From: the human T2T-CHM13v2.0 reference genome, Homo sapiens
Reading direction: 5' to 3' (one strand)
Assembly (NCBI RefSeq): GCF_009914755.1
Contig: NC_060934.1
DNA length: 64,000 nt
Both the position numbers and the translations under genes were made by a program. Below the pieces are notes generated by a model. That model did no database searches and had not been told where the DNA came from. It saw nothing but the letters and a program-made list of their open reading frames with translations. The first letter of the stretch is position 1. Each line of letters starts with the position of its first letter. Below, one piece after another: positions 1 to 11,489 of the stretch.

Positions 1-1948
1 AAACGATTCCCCCTAAGTACTGGAAAAAGACAAGGATGTACAGTTTCACTACTTCTATTCAATATTGTACTGGAAGTCCTAGCCAGAATAGTCATGAGAA
101 AGAAATAAGTACATTCAGAAAGGAAAAGAGTAAGTCTAACTATCTCCATTGGCTGATAAGATCTTATAATTAAAACACCCTAGTGATTCCTCAAAGACAC
201 TGCTAGACCTGATGAACAACAGCAGTAAAGTTTTAGAATACAAAGTCAATGTACACAAATCAGTAGCATTTCTATACACCAATAATGTTCAAGCTGGAAA
301 CCAAATCAAGAATTCAATCCCATTTACAATAGCCACACATATACACACACACACAAATAAAATATAACTGAAAAGGTGAAAGATTTCTACAAAAGAACTA
401 CAAAACACTGCTGAAAGAAATTATAGATGACACAGCAAATAGAAAAACTTCCCATGCTCATGGATTAGAAGAATCAATATCACTAAAATGATCATACTTC
501 TCAAAGCATTCTACAGGTTCAATGCAATTCCTATCAAACTCCCAATGTCATTTTTCACAGAGTGAAAAAAAAAACTATCATAATTTTCACATGGAACCAA
601 AAATAGCCCAAAAAGCCAAAGCAATCTAAAGCAAAAAGAACAAAGCTAGGGGCATCATATTACCTTACTTCAAACTATATAATAAGGCTACAGTAACCAA
701 ATCAGCATGGTACTTCTACAAAAACGGACACATAGATCAATGAAACAAAACAGAGCATCCAGAAATAAAGCCACATGCCTACAACCAACTAATCTTCAAC
801 AAAGTTTACAAAAATAAGCAATGGGAAAAGTACTCCCTATTCAATAAATGGTGTGGGGAAAGCTGTCTAGCCATATGCAGAAGAATGAAACTGGACCCCT
901 ACCTATCACCATATAGAAAAATTATCTCAAGATAGATTAAAGACTTCAGTGTAAGTCCTGAAACTGTAAAAATTCTAGAAGAAAACCTAGGAAAAGTCTT
1001 CAAGACATTGTTTGAGGCAGATAATTTATAACCAGGACCTCAAAGGAAAATGCAACAAAAATAAAAGTTGACAAATGAGACTTAATAAAACTAAAGATCT
1101 TCTGCACCACAAAAGAAATAACAGAGTAAACAGACAACCTATAGCATGGGGGAAAACATTTGCAAACTATGCCTCTGACAGTAGACTAATTTTCAGAATC
1201 TATAAGGAACTTAAATTTATCAATAAGCAAAAAAAAATTAACTTCATTAAAAAGTGAGCAAAGACCAGGAACAAATATTTTTCAAAAGACATACAAGCAG
1301 CCAATAAAAATATGAAAAAATGTTCAACATCACTGATCATCAGAGAGATGTAAATCAAAACCACAATGAGATTCCATCAAATGGCTATATTAATAGCCAG
1401 TCAAGTGGCTATTATTAATAGCCAGTCAAGTGGCTATTATTAAAAAGTAAAAAAATAACAGATGTTGGTGAGGTTGTATTGAAAAGGGAATGTTTATACA
1501 CTGTTGGTGAGAATGTAAATTAGTTCAACCCCTATGGAAAACGATATGGAGATTTCCCAAGGAACTAAAAATAAAACTACCATTTGAGCCAGCAACTCCA
1601 ATACTGGATATCTACCCAAAGGGAAAAAAATAATTTTATCCTAAAGAAACCTGCACTCGTAGGTTTATTATAGCACTATTCAAAACAGCAAAGTCATGAA
1701 GTTTACCTAGGTGCCTATAAGTGGTGGATTGGATACAGAAAATGTGGTAACATGGATGCAGCTGGAGGCCATTATCCTAAGTGAAATAAAATGGAAACAG
1801 AAAATAAACTACCACATGTTCTTACTTACACATGCCAGCTAAACGATGGTACACATGGACGTAAAGATAGAAACAATAGACACTGGGGACTGCAAAAACA
1901 GGGAGAGAAGTGGGAGAGCAAGGGTTTTAAAATTACATACTGGGTATT
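1..1948 (+). mobile_element. L1 (L1PB-like) ORF2 RT/C-terminal region and 3'UTR, degenerate; interrupted by the ERV at 1949
   Basis: Opens with the ORF2 RT motif region ([17 protein letters not shown], nt 22-85) and follows L1 ORF2 collinearly with stops and frameshifts. The 3'UTR resumes after 6805. Confidence 0.95.
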
Positions 1949-2338
1949 TGTTGGAGGCCGCACAAATGTTTCTTGTGATTAGGTACCTCTAAAACCTGTT
2001 AGTAATAATATGAACCTGTGGTCAATTAAGCAGCTGACTAATCATATCTCCTCCTCCTTGTTCTTGTTACCCAATAAATAAAAAGGGCTGTGGAAGCTCA
2101 GGGCAGCTGTCTTTGCTCACTAGAAACAGGGAGCCCTTTTCTTCTCTCTTCTTCTTCCTCATGCTTAGCCTTTCCTTAAAATAGTTACTTATGTTTTTTG
2201 TTATCATTTCTACATTCGTCCCTTCGTTCGGTTGTAATGACGGTCTCAAGTGGTAACAGTAGTAACTGCTGTAGTGATGGTCTCAGGCAGTAACAGTAAC
2301 TGCTGTTACTCAAGTAGTAGTAGTGGCAGTCGGCCACA
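1949..2338 (+). mobile_element. 5' LTR (LTR3B-like)
   Basis: Starts TGTTGGAGGCCG, ends GGCCACA, has a U5 tandem repeat (gtaatgacggtctcaagt...). Aligns by eye to 6445-6805. Confidence 0.9.
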
Positions 2339-2340
2339 AG

Positions 2341-2358
2341 TGGAACCTGCACAGGAAC
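2341..2358 (+). promoter_or_regulatory. Degenerate primer-binding site, tRNA-Lys(UUU)-like
   Basis: TGGAACCTGCACAGGAAC lies 2 nt after the LTR and resembles TGGCGCCCGAACAGGGAC. Confidence 0.7.
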
Positions 2359-2410
2359 TATCAGGGACAAACAGAGACCTGAAGGGACCTGAAGAGTCCT
2401 GCAGGGACAA

Positions 2411-4235
2411 ATAGAGATAAATAGAGATAAATAGGTAGAGGGAGGGAGGTGGAGGTGGAGGGAGGGAGGTGGAGGTGGAGGGAGGGAGGTGGAAGTGGAG
2501 GGAGTGAGGTGGAGGGGGAGGGAAGGGGAGGGAAGGGAAGGAGAGGGAGGGAGAGGGAAGGAGAGAGAGGGAGGGAGAGAGAGGAAGATGGAGGGAGGGG
2601 GAGGGAGAGGGAGGGAGAGGGAGAGAGGGAGGGAGGAAGAGAGGGAGGGAGGAAGAGAGGGAGGGAGGAAGAGAGGGAAGGAGGGAGGAAGAGAGGGAAG
2701 GAGGGAGGAAGAGAGGGAAGGAGGGAGGAAGAGAGGGAAGGAGGGAGGAATAGACAGAAGGAGGGAGGAATAGATGGAAGGAGGCAGGAAGAGAGGGAGG
2801 GAGGTAGAGGGAAGGAGGGAAGGAGATAGAGGGAAGGAGGGAAGGAAGGAGGGAGGTAGAGGGAAGGATGGAGGGAGATAGAGGGAAGGAGGGAGGGAGG
2901 TAGAGGGAAGGAGGGAGGGAAGTAAGTAGAGGGAGGGAGGTAGGTAGGTGGAGGGAGGTAGGTAGAGGGAAGAAGGGAGGTAGAGGGAGGGAGGGAGTTG
3001 GAGGGAGGTGGAGGGAGAGGGAGGGAGGTGGAGGGAGAGGGAGGGAGGTGGAGGGAGAGGGAGGGAGGTGGAGGGAGAGGGAGGGAGGTGGAGGGAGAGG
3101 GAGGGAGGTGGAGGCATAGGGAAGGAAGTGGAGGGAGAGGGAGGGAGGGAAGTGGAGGGAGGGAAGGGGAGGGAGGGAGGGAAGGGGAGGGAGGGAGGGA
3201 AATGGAGGGAGGGAGGGAAATGGAGGGAGGGAGGGAAGGAGGGAGGGAGGTCAAGGGAAGGAGGGTGGGAGGGAGGTCGAGGGAAGGAGGGTGGGAGGGA
3301 GGTCAAGAGAAGGAGGGAGGGAGCGAGGGAAGTCGAGGGAAGGAGGGAAGGAGGGAGGGAGGGAGGTCGAGGGAAAGGGGGAGGTAGGTGGAGGGAGGGA
3401 GGTGGAGGGAGGGAGGGAGGTAGGTGGAGGGAGGGAGGCAGGTAGGTGGAGGGAGGGAAGGAGGTATGTGGAGGGAGGGAGGGGGGCAGATAGGTAGAGG
3501 GAGGGAGGCAGGTAGGTGGAGGGAGGGAGGGATGCAGGTAGGTGGAGGGAGGGAGGCGGGTAGGGGGAGGGAGGGAGGCAGGTAGGTGGAGGGTGGGAGG
3601 GAGGCAGGTAGGTGGAGGGTGGGAGGGAGGCAGGTAGGTAGGTGGAGGGAGGGAGGGAGGTAGGTAGGTGTAGGGAGGGAGGGAGGTAGGTGGAAGGAGG
3701 GAGGTAGGTAGGTGGAGGGAGGGAGGGAGGCAGGTAGGTGGGAGGGAGGGAGGTGGAAGGAGGGAGGGAAGTGAAGGGAGGGAGGTAGGGGGAGGGAGGG
3801 AGAGAGGGAGGTGGAGGGAGAGAGGGAGGTGGAGGGAGGGAGGGGGAGGGGAGGGGGGAGGGATGAGGTGGGGGAGGGAGGTGGGGGGAGGAAGGAAGGG
3901 AGGTGGAGGGAGGGAGGTGGAGAGAGGGAGGGAGGGAGGTGGAGAGACAGAGGAAGGAAGGTTGGTGGAGGGAGAGGGAGGTAGGGAGAGAGGGAGGTAG
4001 GGAGAAAGGGAGGTGGGGGGGAAGAGAGGGAGGGAGGGAAGAGAGGGAGGGAGGTGGAGGGAGGGAGGTAGAGGGAGGGAGAGAAGGAGAGGGAGGGAGG
4101 GAGGTGGAGGGAGGGAGGGAAGTAGAGGGAGGGAGGGAGGTAGAGGGAGGGAGGGATGGAGATAGAGGGAGGGAGGGAGGGAGATAGAGGGAGGGATGTA
4201 GAAGTAAGAAGGTAGAGGTAGGTAGGGAAAGACAG
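2411..4235 (+). repeat. ~1.8 kb polypurine (GGGA/GA-rich) complex tandem repeat in the proviral leader
   Basis: Plus strand is almost entirely G/A. Perfect sub-arrays: GAGAGGGAAGGAGGGAGGAA x4 (2671-2750) and GAGGGAGGTGGAGGGAGAGG x5 (3001-3100). Confidence 0.97.
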
Positions 4236-4524
4236 GGACTTGAAGGAACTAACGGACCACAGGGACAGACAGGGTCAGCTAGGGATAAAGACTATCAAAC
4301 TAGCAATATAAGGTCAGTGCCCTAAAGAGGTAAAAAAATGTAGACTAGCAAAGACTAGCAGAGATTTGCATGGAAGGTATGCTAGAACAGGAAGAAAAAA
4401 AAAAACCTAAAACCAACTAGATGAATGACCAACCCTGTTACAAGTCTTCAGGCAGCATGTACTGGTCTAAAAATGTACTGGTCAGTGCCCTAGATGTACA
4501 AAGAATGGGAAGCTTTTGAATTAG

Positions 4525-5200
4525 GGTAACAGGAGGAAGAATTTGGCTATTTCTTTTCTCTTTTTTGTTTGGAGTTTGGTACATACCATCTTTTATTTCA
4601 GGGTTTTAGAACATTTTTTGCCCCACCTACAGCACCTATTGAAAGTGGTGAACAGAAGAGGGAGGATGAAAATTGGCTTGTACTGTCTTTTGTGGCTACA
4701 GAAAGGCTAACTTTAGCTTTGGCTTTCGTGGATTGTAAACGTGCACTGGCACCTGTGAGATGTGCAGAGGACTTGGGAGGTTTTCTCAGAGCTTGTCAGG
4801 ATATGGAAGCTGAGCTTCATTGCTCTGCAGTATTGACTCAGGCAATGGCTAATTGGGTAGCTGATAGATCTAAAGGAAGCCAAGGGTCAAGCCCTAAAGT
4901 GGGAAAGTGTTATAAGTGTAGACAAATTGGACGTTTCAAAAAAGAATGGCAGCAGACCTCTTGGCAAAAGGGATCTTGTAACACAGTTCCCCTCTTAATA
5001 GAAAAAAAGGCCAGGACTTTGCCCTCGTTGCAATAAAGGAAATCATCGGACTAATGAATGCCACTCAATATTTCATCAAAACAGCACTCTCCTGTCGGGA
5101 AGCAAGAAGGGGGCCTGGACCTGGGCACCTCAAACTATGAGGGCATTTCCCGTCCAGGCCACAACTCCATCTCAGGGGTGGGTTTCCGGAGGCACATGGA
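4525..5200 (+). pseudogene. gag: Beta-retroviral gag remnant (capsid C-terminus plus two NC zinc knuckles)
   Basis: AFVDCKRALAPVRCAEDLGGFLRACQD resembles the CA C-terminus. KCYKCRQIGRFKKEW is a broken CCHC and LCPRCNKGNHRTNECHS (~5017-5067) is an intact CCHC. Confidence 0.88.
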
Positions 5201-5214
5201 TTGCCTCTCTCCAG

Positions 5215-5610
5215 GAACACCTGGAAATGCAGGATTAGATCTCCTAGATAACAAATTATGTTAATGGAAAGAAACAAACTTACTAAGATTCCCATTGGTA
5301 TTTGACGACATTTGCGAACAAGATACATGGGATTGATTTTGGTAAAAGCTGTCTTAACTTACAGGCCCAGGAGTTGTTGACTTTGATTGTGAAGGAGAAA
5401 TTCAGGTAGTGGTAATGTCACAAAATCTTTGGGTTTGTGAACCGGGAGAATATGTTGCTCAACTGTTGCTTATTCCCTGTAAATTGTACCCTTCTCTACG
5501 TAAGAAGAAGCAAGGAGGTCAGGAATTTGGAAGTGCAACTAGGAGAGAGATTTATCTTTCACAACCCATAGCATCTAGTGGACCCACCTGTACAGTGCAA
5601 ATTGAAAGTT
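5215..5610 (+). pseudogene. pro: dUTPase/protease (pro) remnant
   Basis: dUTPase motifs GNAGLDL, PGVVDFDCEGEIQV, VAQLLLIP and QGGQEFGSAT. Truncated at the start of the protease domain. Confidence 0.85.
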
Positions 5611-5930
5611 TAAGGATTGCTTTTTGCTATACTGTTGTATGAAAAGGATAAGCCTCGATTTGCTTTCTGTCTTCTGTTAATGAGAAACAGCCTGTCTCTC
5701 ATTGTCACTGGAAAGTTTTACCCCACGGTAATTAACCAAAGAAGCAGAAGCTGAGCTAACAAATGCTCAGCAACGGCATGCCTTCTGGCTACAGCCACAA
5801 AAGGTTTTTGCTTCTGTTTCAGTAGGTTTACTAACGTGGGGACGAGGGTATGCTTGTGTCTTTACAGAAGATGGACAAGCCATGCAGGTGCCCTCAAGAA
5901 GTGTGCAACCATGGAATGGGAGACTGGTGG
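5611..5930 (+). pseudogene. pol: pol scraps (RT motif A/B region and integrase C-terminus)
   Basis: KDCF..., DKPRFAF, HWKVLPHG (RT) and LLTWGRGYACVF (beta-retroviral IN C-terminus). Most of pol is missing. Confidence 0.82.
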
Positions 5931-5975
5931 GACCCATGGATTCCAATTACAGGCCTGGTTCCCCTAGTATGAGCC

Positions 5976-6170
5976 ATGAGCCAGTTGAATCCGAATGAGA
6001 AGACAGAACGCGGACCGACGGAAATCATGCTGACATCAACCCCCATAATACGGGGACAGATCAAGAAAACCACACAGGAAGCTGAGAAACTGATGGAGCG
6101 CCAGAGTTTCACCTTTTGCTGGAACTCAGAGGCACAATCGATGTTTAACGAACCAATGCTTTCTGACTGA
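5976..6170 (+). pseudogene. 64-aa ORF: env-leader/Rec-like N-terminus fused to non-homologous sequence
   Basis: TSTPIIRGQIKKTTQEAEKLMERQ resembles the HERV-K env leader/Rec motif PTWAQLKKLTQ.A and sits at the expected position after IN. Confidence 0.6.
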
Positions 6171-6444
6171 GCTCCTCTCTACCCTGAATACAAGAGACCC
6201 TACTAGGCAGGAATATCATTGCCCTTACTCAGCATGAAGAAGTTGCAGAAGACGGACCTTCATCCTTCTGCAACCCTTAGGATTAAGGGTCCTCTTGTAA
6301 AAGGGAAGGGGAAAATATGTAAGAAGCATTCAAACCAGAGCAACTCTGTTTTGAATAAGGGTTAAGAAAAATGAAGCTGGATCACCAACTGGCAGTTAAG
6401 GGCTGCACAGCCTGCAATTGCCTTGCTCAATTAATTTGAAAAGG

Positions 6445-6805
6445 GGAGGCCGCACAAATGTTTCTTGTGATTAGGTACAGCTGAAGCCTGTTAGTAATAA
6501 TATGAACCTGTGGTCAATTAAGCAGCTGACCAATCATTACCTCCTCCTCCTTGCTCTTGTTACCCAATAAATAAGAAGGGCTGTGGAAGCTCAGGGCGGC
6601 TGCCTTTGCTCACTAGAAGCAGGGAGCTCTTTTCTTCTTTTCCTCTCTCTTCTTCCCCATGCTAGCCTTTCCTTAAAACAGTTTCTTTTGCTTTTTATTA
6701 TTTCTACATTCATCCCTTTCTTCAGTTGTAATGAAGGTCTCAAGTGATAACAGTAGTAACTGCTGTAGTGATGGTCTCAAGCAGTAGCAGTGGCAGTCTG
6801 CCACA
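6445..6805 (+). mobile_element. 3' LTR (LTR3B-like), lacking its first few bases
   Basis: Direct repeat of 1953-2338, ends GCCACA, followed by TSD GGTATT. Confidence 0.9.
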
Positions 6806-6921
6806 GGTATTATGTTCATTACTGGAGTGATGGATTCACAAGAAGTCCAAACCCCACCATTACATGATACACTCATGTAACAAACCTGCACATGTATCTC
6901 CTGAACCTACAATTTTAAAAA
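6806..6921 (+). mobile_element. 3' end of the interrupted L1
   Basis: catgtaacaaacctgcacatgta...ctgaacct is the typical primate L1 3' terminus and continues the sequence at 1941-1948. Confidence 0.9.
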
Positions 6922-6959
6922 TGCAGCCAGTAACCGAAATTTAAAAAACAACAAACAAA

Positions 6960-7830
6960 AACTTTGGATATATTTAAGATACAAAAGAACTGGATACATT
7001 CAATTGTAAAGTGGTATGACAGGATAAAATCAGCTTGAGGACAGAGCAATATATTTTACAAAATCTGAACAGAGAAATAGTAAACTGTAAAAGAATTAAC
7101 AGTATGAGGTACCTGTGGTACAATAACAAAGATGATATTCATATCTTAGTTGTAGTGGAGGAGAAAGTGACTAAATGTGTTGGAGGAAATGATTACTGAA
7201 TTTCTCAAACATAATGAAAGATGCAAATCTATAGATTCAAGATGCTTAGTGAACACCAAATAGAATAAACCTAAGTATCATAATTACAATTCTGAAAACT
7301 AAAGACACACAAAAATTTTTTACAGCAGTCAGAAATGTGATGCAATACATATAGGGAAACACCAATTTGAATGATGGAAGATTTCTTACCTGAAAGCAGA
7401 GGCCAGAAAGAAGTGTAGCATTTTCAGCTACTGAAAGGAAAATACTGTTATTGTACATCTGCTAAAAAGCATCCTTTATAAATATATAAATTAAGGGGAT
7501 AGCAAGATATTTTTTGGGAAAAGAAAACTAAAAATTTGTTGCTAGCCTAAGTATCCCTCAATGAATGGTTCAAAATAGGTTCTCTAAACAGAAAGGGAAT
7601 GACAGAAGGAATAGAGTTTTACAAAGGAAATAGGATCAAAAAGGGAAAAATAGGGGTGAATACAGTATCTTATTTGGTATTAATTTCTTAAATAATATTT
7701 AATTGTTGAAATAAAAATTATAACAGCATATCACATGTTGCTCAATGTATGCTGAAGAAATAGGCAATTATATTTCAAAAGCAAGGAGAGTAAAAGTGAC
7801 CCAAATAAAAGTATGATTTATATGCTTTAT
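6960..7830 (+). mobile_element. Old L1M ORF1-region fragment
   Basis: A-rich, with diverged ORF1 C-terminal-like segments (e.g. atctatagattcaagatgcttagtgaacaccaaatagaataaac). Confidence 0.65.
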
Positions 7831-8855
7831 TCAAATGAATAAAAGCACATTCTCATTTAAACCATGCATGATCTTAGGAATGAGGTGAAGCAGGAATTAC
7901 TATGTTCCCATGTAAATAAAGTGAAACTTAAAGATATTTCTTACTTGCCCAAAGTCATCTTTCATATACAAAATGCCCATTTTTCAATCACTTTAAGTCA
8001 TGGGCTCTGAATAACAAAATTTTTAAACTATTTTTTTCCTATATTGACAGAGAATTTGAGCTTTTTGGGATAAATGAAAACTATCTAAAATAGCATTTTT
8101 GTAATAGTTGCACAACTGCTTAAATTTATTAAAACCCATATAAACTTACACTTCAAATAATTCATTTTACTGTATGTAGTTTACACCATATTACTGTTGA
8201 GAACAAGAAATATTAGTATGATTTTCCAATAAAGTAAAAATTCAAGGTCAAAAGCAAAGTTCTTTCATTGATTTTCTGTAGTTCCTAGTGACATGTTTCA
8301 TGTCATAGAGACTCACTGAGGTTCAGGTAGAAAGAAGGAAGTCAATTTTGGTAGTTTTGAGCTGGGTTTGACAGAAGTGAGAAATTTCTCTTTAATTTTT
8401 TTGATTTTTATTTTTTTTAACTTTTAAGTTTAGGGGTAAAAGTACAGGTTTGTTATACAGGTAAATTGCATGTTGCAGGGGGTTGGTGTACAGACTATTT
8501 TGTCACCCAAGTGATAAGCATTATAACTGATAGGTAGTTTTGCATCCTCCCCATTCTCCACTCCACCTTCCAGTAGGCCTTGATTGCTATTGTCGCCTCC
8601 TTTGTGTCCATATGTACTCAATGTTTAGGTCCAACTTATAAATGAGAACATGTGTAATTTGGTTTCCTGTTGTTGTGTTAGTTTGCTCAGGATAATGGAT
8701 TTCAGCTTTATTCATGTTGCTGCAAAGGACATGATCTCATTTTTTTAATAACTGGATAGTATTTCATTGCATAAATGTACCACATTTTATTTATTCAGTC
8801 TACCACAGACAGACATTTCTTTATCCAGTCTACCACTGACGGGCATTTAGGTTAA

Positions 8856-9240
<385 letters not shown>

Positions 9241-11112
9241 ATGAATGTGTCTTTATAGTAAAACAATTTATATTCTTTTGGGTATATGCCCAGTAATGGG
9301 ATTGGTGGGTTGAATGGTGATTGTGCTGTAAATTTTTTGAGAAATTGCCAAACTGTTTTCCACAATGACTCAACTAACTTACATTCCCAGTAGCAGTGTA
9401 TAAGCATTCCATTTTCTCCACAATCTTGCCAGCATCTATTACTTTTTCACTTTTTAATGGTAGCCATTCTGACTGATGTGAGACGGTATCTCATTGTGGT
9501 TTTGATTTGCATTTCTCTGATGATTAATGATGTTGAACTTTGTTAATCCCACATATGTCTTCTTTGAAAAGTGTCTGTTTATGTCCTTTGCTCACTTTTT
9601 AATAGGGTTACTTTTTGCTTGTAAATTAAGTTCCTCATAGATTCTGAATATTAGACCTTTGTAATATGTATAGTTTGCTAATATTTTCTCCCCTTCTGTA
9701 GGTCATCTGTTTACTCTGTTGATAGTTTATTTTGCTATGCAGACCTTCTTTAGTTTAGGACTCATTCGTCAATTTTTTTTTTTCTTGCAATTGCTTTTGT
9801 TGTTTTCATTATGAAATCTGTGCCAGGTCCTAAGTCCAGAATGGTATTTCTTAGGTTATCATCCAGGCTTTTTACAGTTTTAGATTTTATATTTATGCCT
9901 TTAATCAATCTTAGGTTGATTTTTGCATATAAGGAAGTAGTTCAGTTTAAATCTTCTGTATATGGCTAGCCAGACCATTTATTGAATATGAAGTGCTTTC
10001 TGCATTGCTTATCAATTTTATTGAAGATCACATGGTTGTAGGTGTGCAGCATTATTTCTGGAATCTCTATTCAGATCTGTTGGTCTATGTGTCCTTTTCT
10101 GTACTAGTACATGCTGTTTTGGCTACTGTAGCCTTGTATAGTTCACCATTGAGTAATGTGATGCCTCCGGCTTTGTATATTTTGCTTAGAATTGCCTTGG
10201 CTACTTGGGCTATTTTTTGGTTCCATGTGAATTTCAAAATAGTTTCTTCTAATTCTGTGAAGAATGACATTGGTACTTTGATAGAAGTAGCATTTAGTCT
10301 ATAAATTGCTTTAGGTAGTACAGCCATTATAACAATATTAATTCTGCTATCCATGAGCATGGAATGTTTTTCCATTTGTTTTTGTCCTCTGAGATTTCTT
10401 TGAACAGTGCTTTGTAATTCTTGTTACAGCAGGCTTCCACTATTTTGGTTAGATGTTTCCCCAGGTATTTATTATTTTTGTGGCTGTCATGCATGGGATT
10501 GTATTCTTGATTTGGTTCTCAACTTGAAAGTTGTTGCCATACAGGCATACTACTGATTTTTGTACATTAATTTTATATCCCAAAACATTGCTAAAGTTGT
10601 TTATCAGATCAAGGAGCTTTTGGGAACAGACTGTGGGGTTTTCTAGGTATAGAATTACATTGTTGGCAAACAGGGATAGTTTGACTTCCTCTTTTCCTAT
10701 TTGGATGCCTTTTAGTTCATTCTCTTGCCTGATTCCTATGGCTAGGACTTCAATTTATATCAAATAGGATGATAAAAGAGGGAATTATTGTCTTGTTCTG
10801 GTTTTCAAGTGGAATACTTCCAGCTTTTATCCATTCAATATGTTGGTTGTGTGTTTTTCATATATTGCTCTTATTATTTTTAGGTATGACTAGTTTGCTG
10901 AGAGTTTTTAACATGAGGAGATGTTAAATTCTATTAAATGCCTCTTCTGGATCTATTGAGATGATCACGTGGTTTTTATTTTTAGTTCTGTTTATGTGGT
11001 GAATCACATCTATTGATTTGCATATGTAGAACTAACTTTGTATTCTAGGCATAAAGCCTACTTGATCATGGTAGATTAAGTTTTTGATGTGCTTCTGAAT
11101 TCACTTTACTAG

Positions 11113-11489
11113 TGATATGGTTTTGCTATGTCCCTACCCAAAATGTCATCTTGAATTGTAATCCTCATAATCCCCATGCCCAAGGGTGGGACCAGGTGGA
11201 GGTAACTGGATCATGGGGGTGGTTTTCTCCCTGTTGTTCTTGTGCTAGTGAGTGAGTCTCACAAGATCTGATGGTTTCATAAGTATCTGACATTTCCCCT
11301 GCTTGCACTCACCCCATCCTGCTGCCCTGTGAAGAAGGTGTCTGTTTATCCTTTGCCTTCTGCCATGATTTTAAGTTTCCTGAGGCCTCTCCAACAATGT
11401 GGAACTGTGGGTCAATTAAAACTTTTTCCTTTATAAATTCCCAAGTCTCAGGCATCTTTTTCATAGCAGTGTGAGAACAGACTAATACA
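11113..11489 (+). mobile_element. THE1D-like MaLR solo LTR inside L1
   Basis: TGATATGG...ACTAATACA termini and 5-bp TSD ACTAG/ATTAG. Confidence 0.92.

Larger units (their letters stand above)
1949..6805 (+). mobile_element. Defective beta-like endogenous retrovirus, HERV-K(HML-6)/HERVK3 type with LTR3B-like LTRs
   Basis: Two direct-repeat LTRs, TG...CA outer ends and an exact 6-bp TSD GGTATT (1943-1948 and 6806-6811). Also a Lys-type PBS and remnants of gag, dUTPase, RT, IN and env leader. Family name from recalled consensus. Confidence 0.88.

Noticed and set aside
2233-2330. CRISPR-like spaced repeats (ggtctcaag...) in the LTR
   Set aside because: Intrinsic U5 tandem repeat also present in the 3' LTR. 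No unique spacers or cas genes, and the context is eukaryotic.
2185-4187. Long Pro/Ser/Leu-rich (373 aa, 297 aa) and Gly/Arg/Glu-rich ORFs
   Set aside because: Artefacts of the polypurine repeat, which rarely forms stop codons. No domain content.
4569-5036. 155-aa gag-derived ORF as a functional protein
   Set aside because: Non-ATG start, internal deletions and a broken first zinc knuckle. Treated as a pseudogene remnant.
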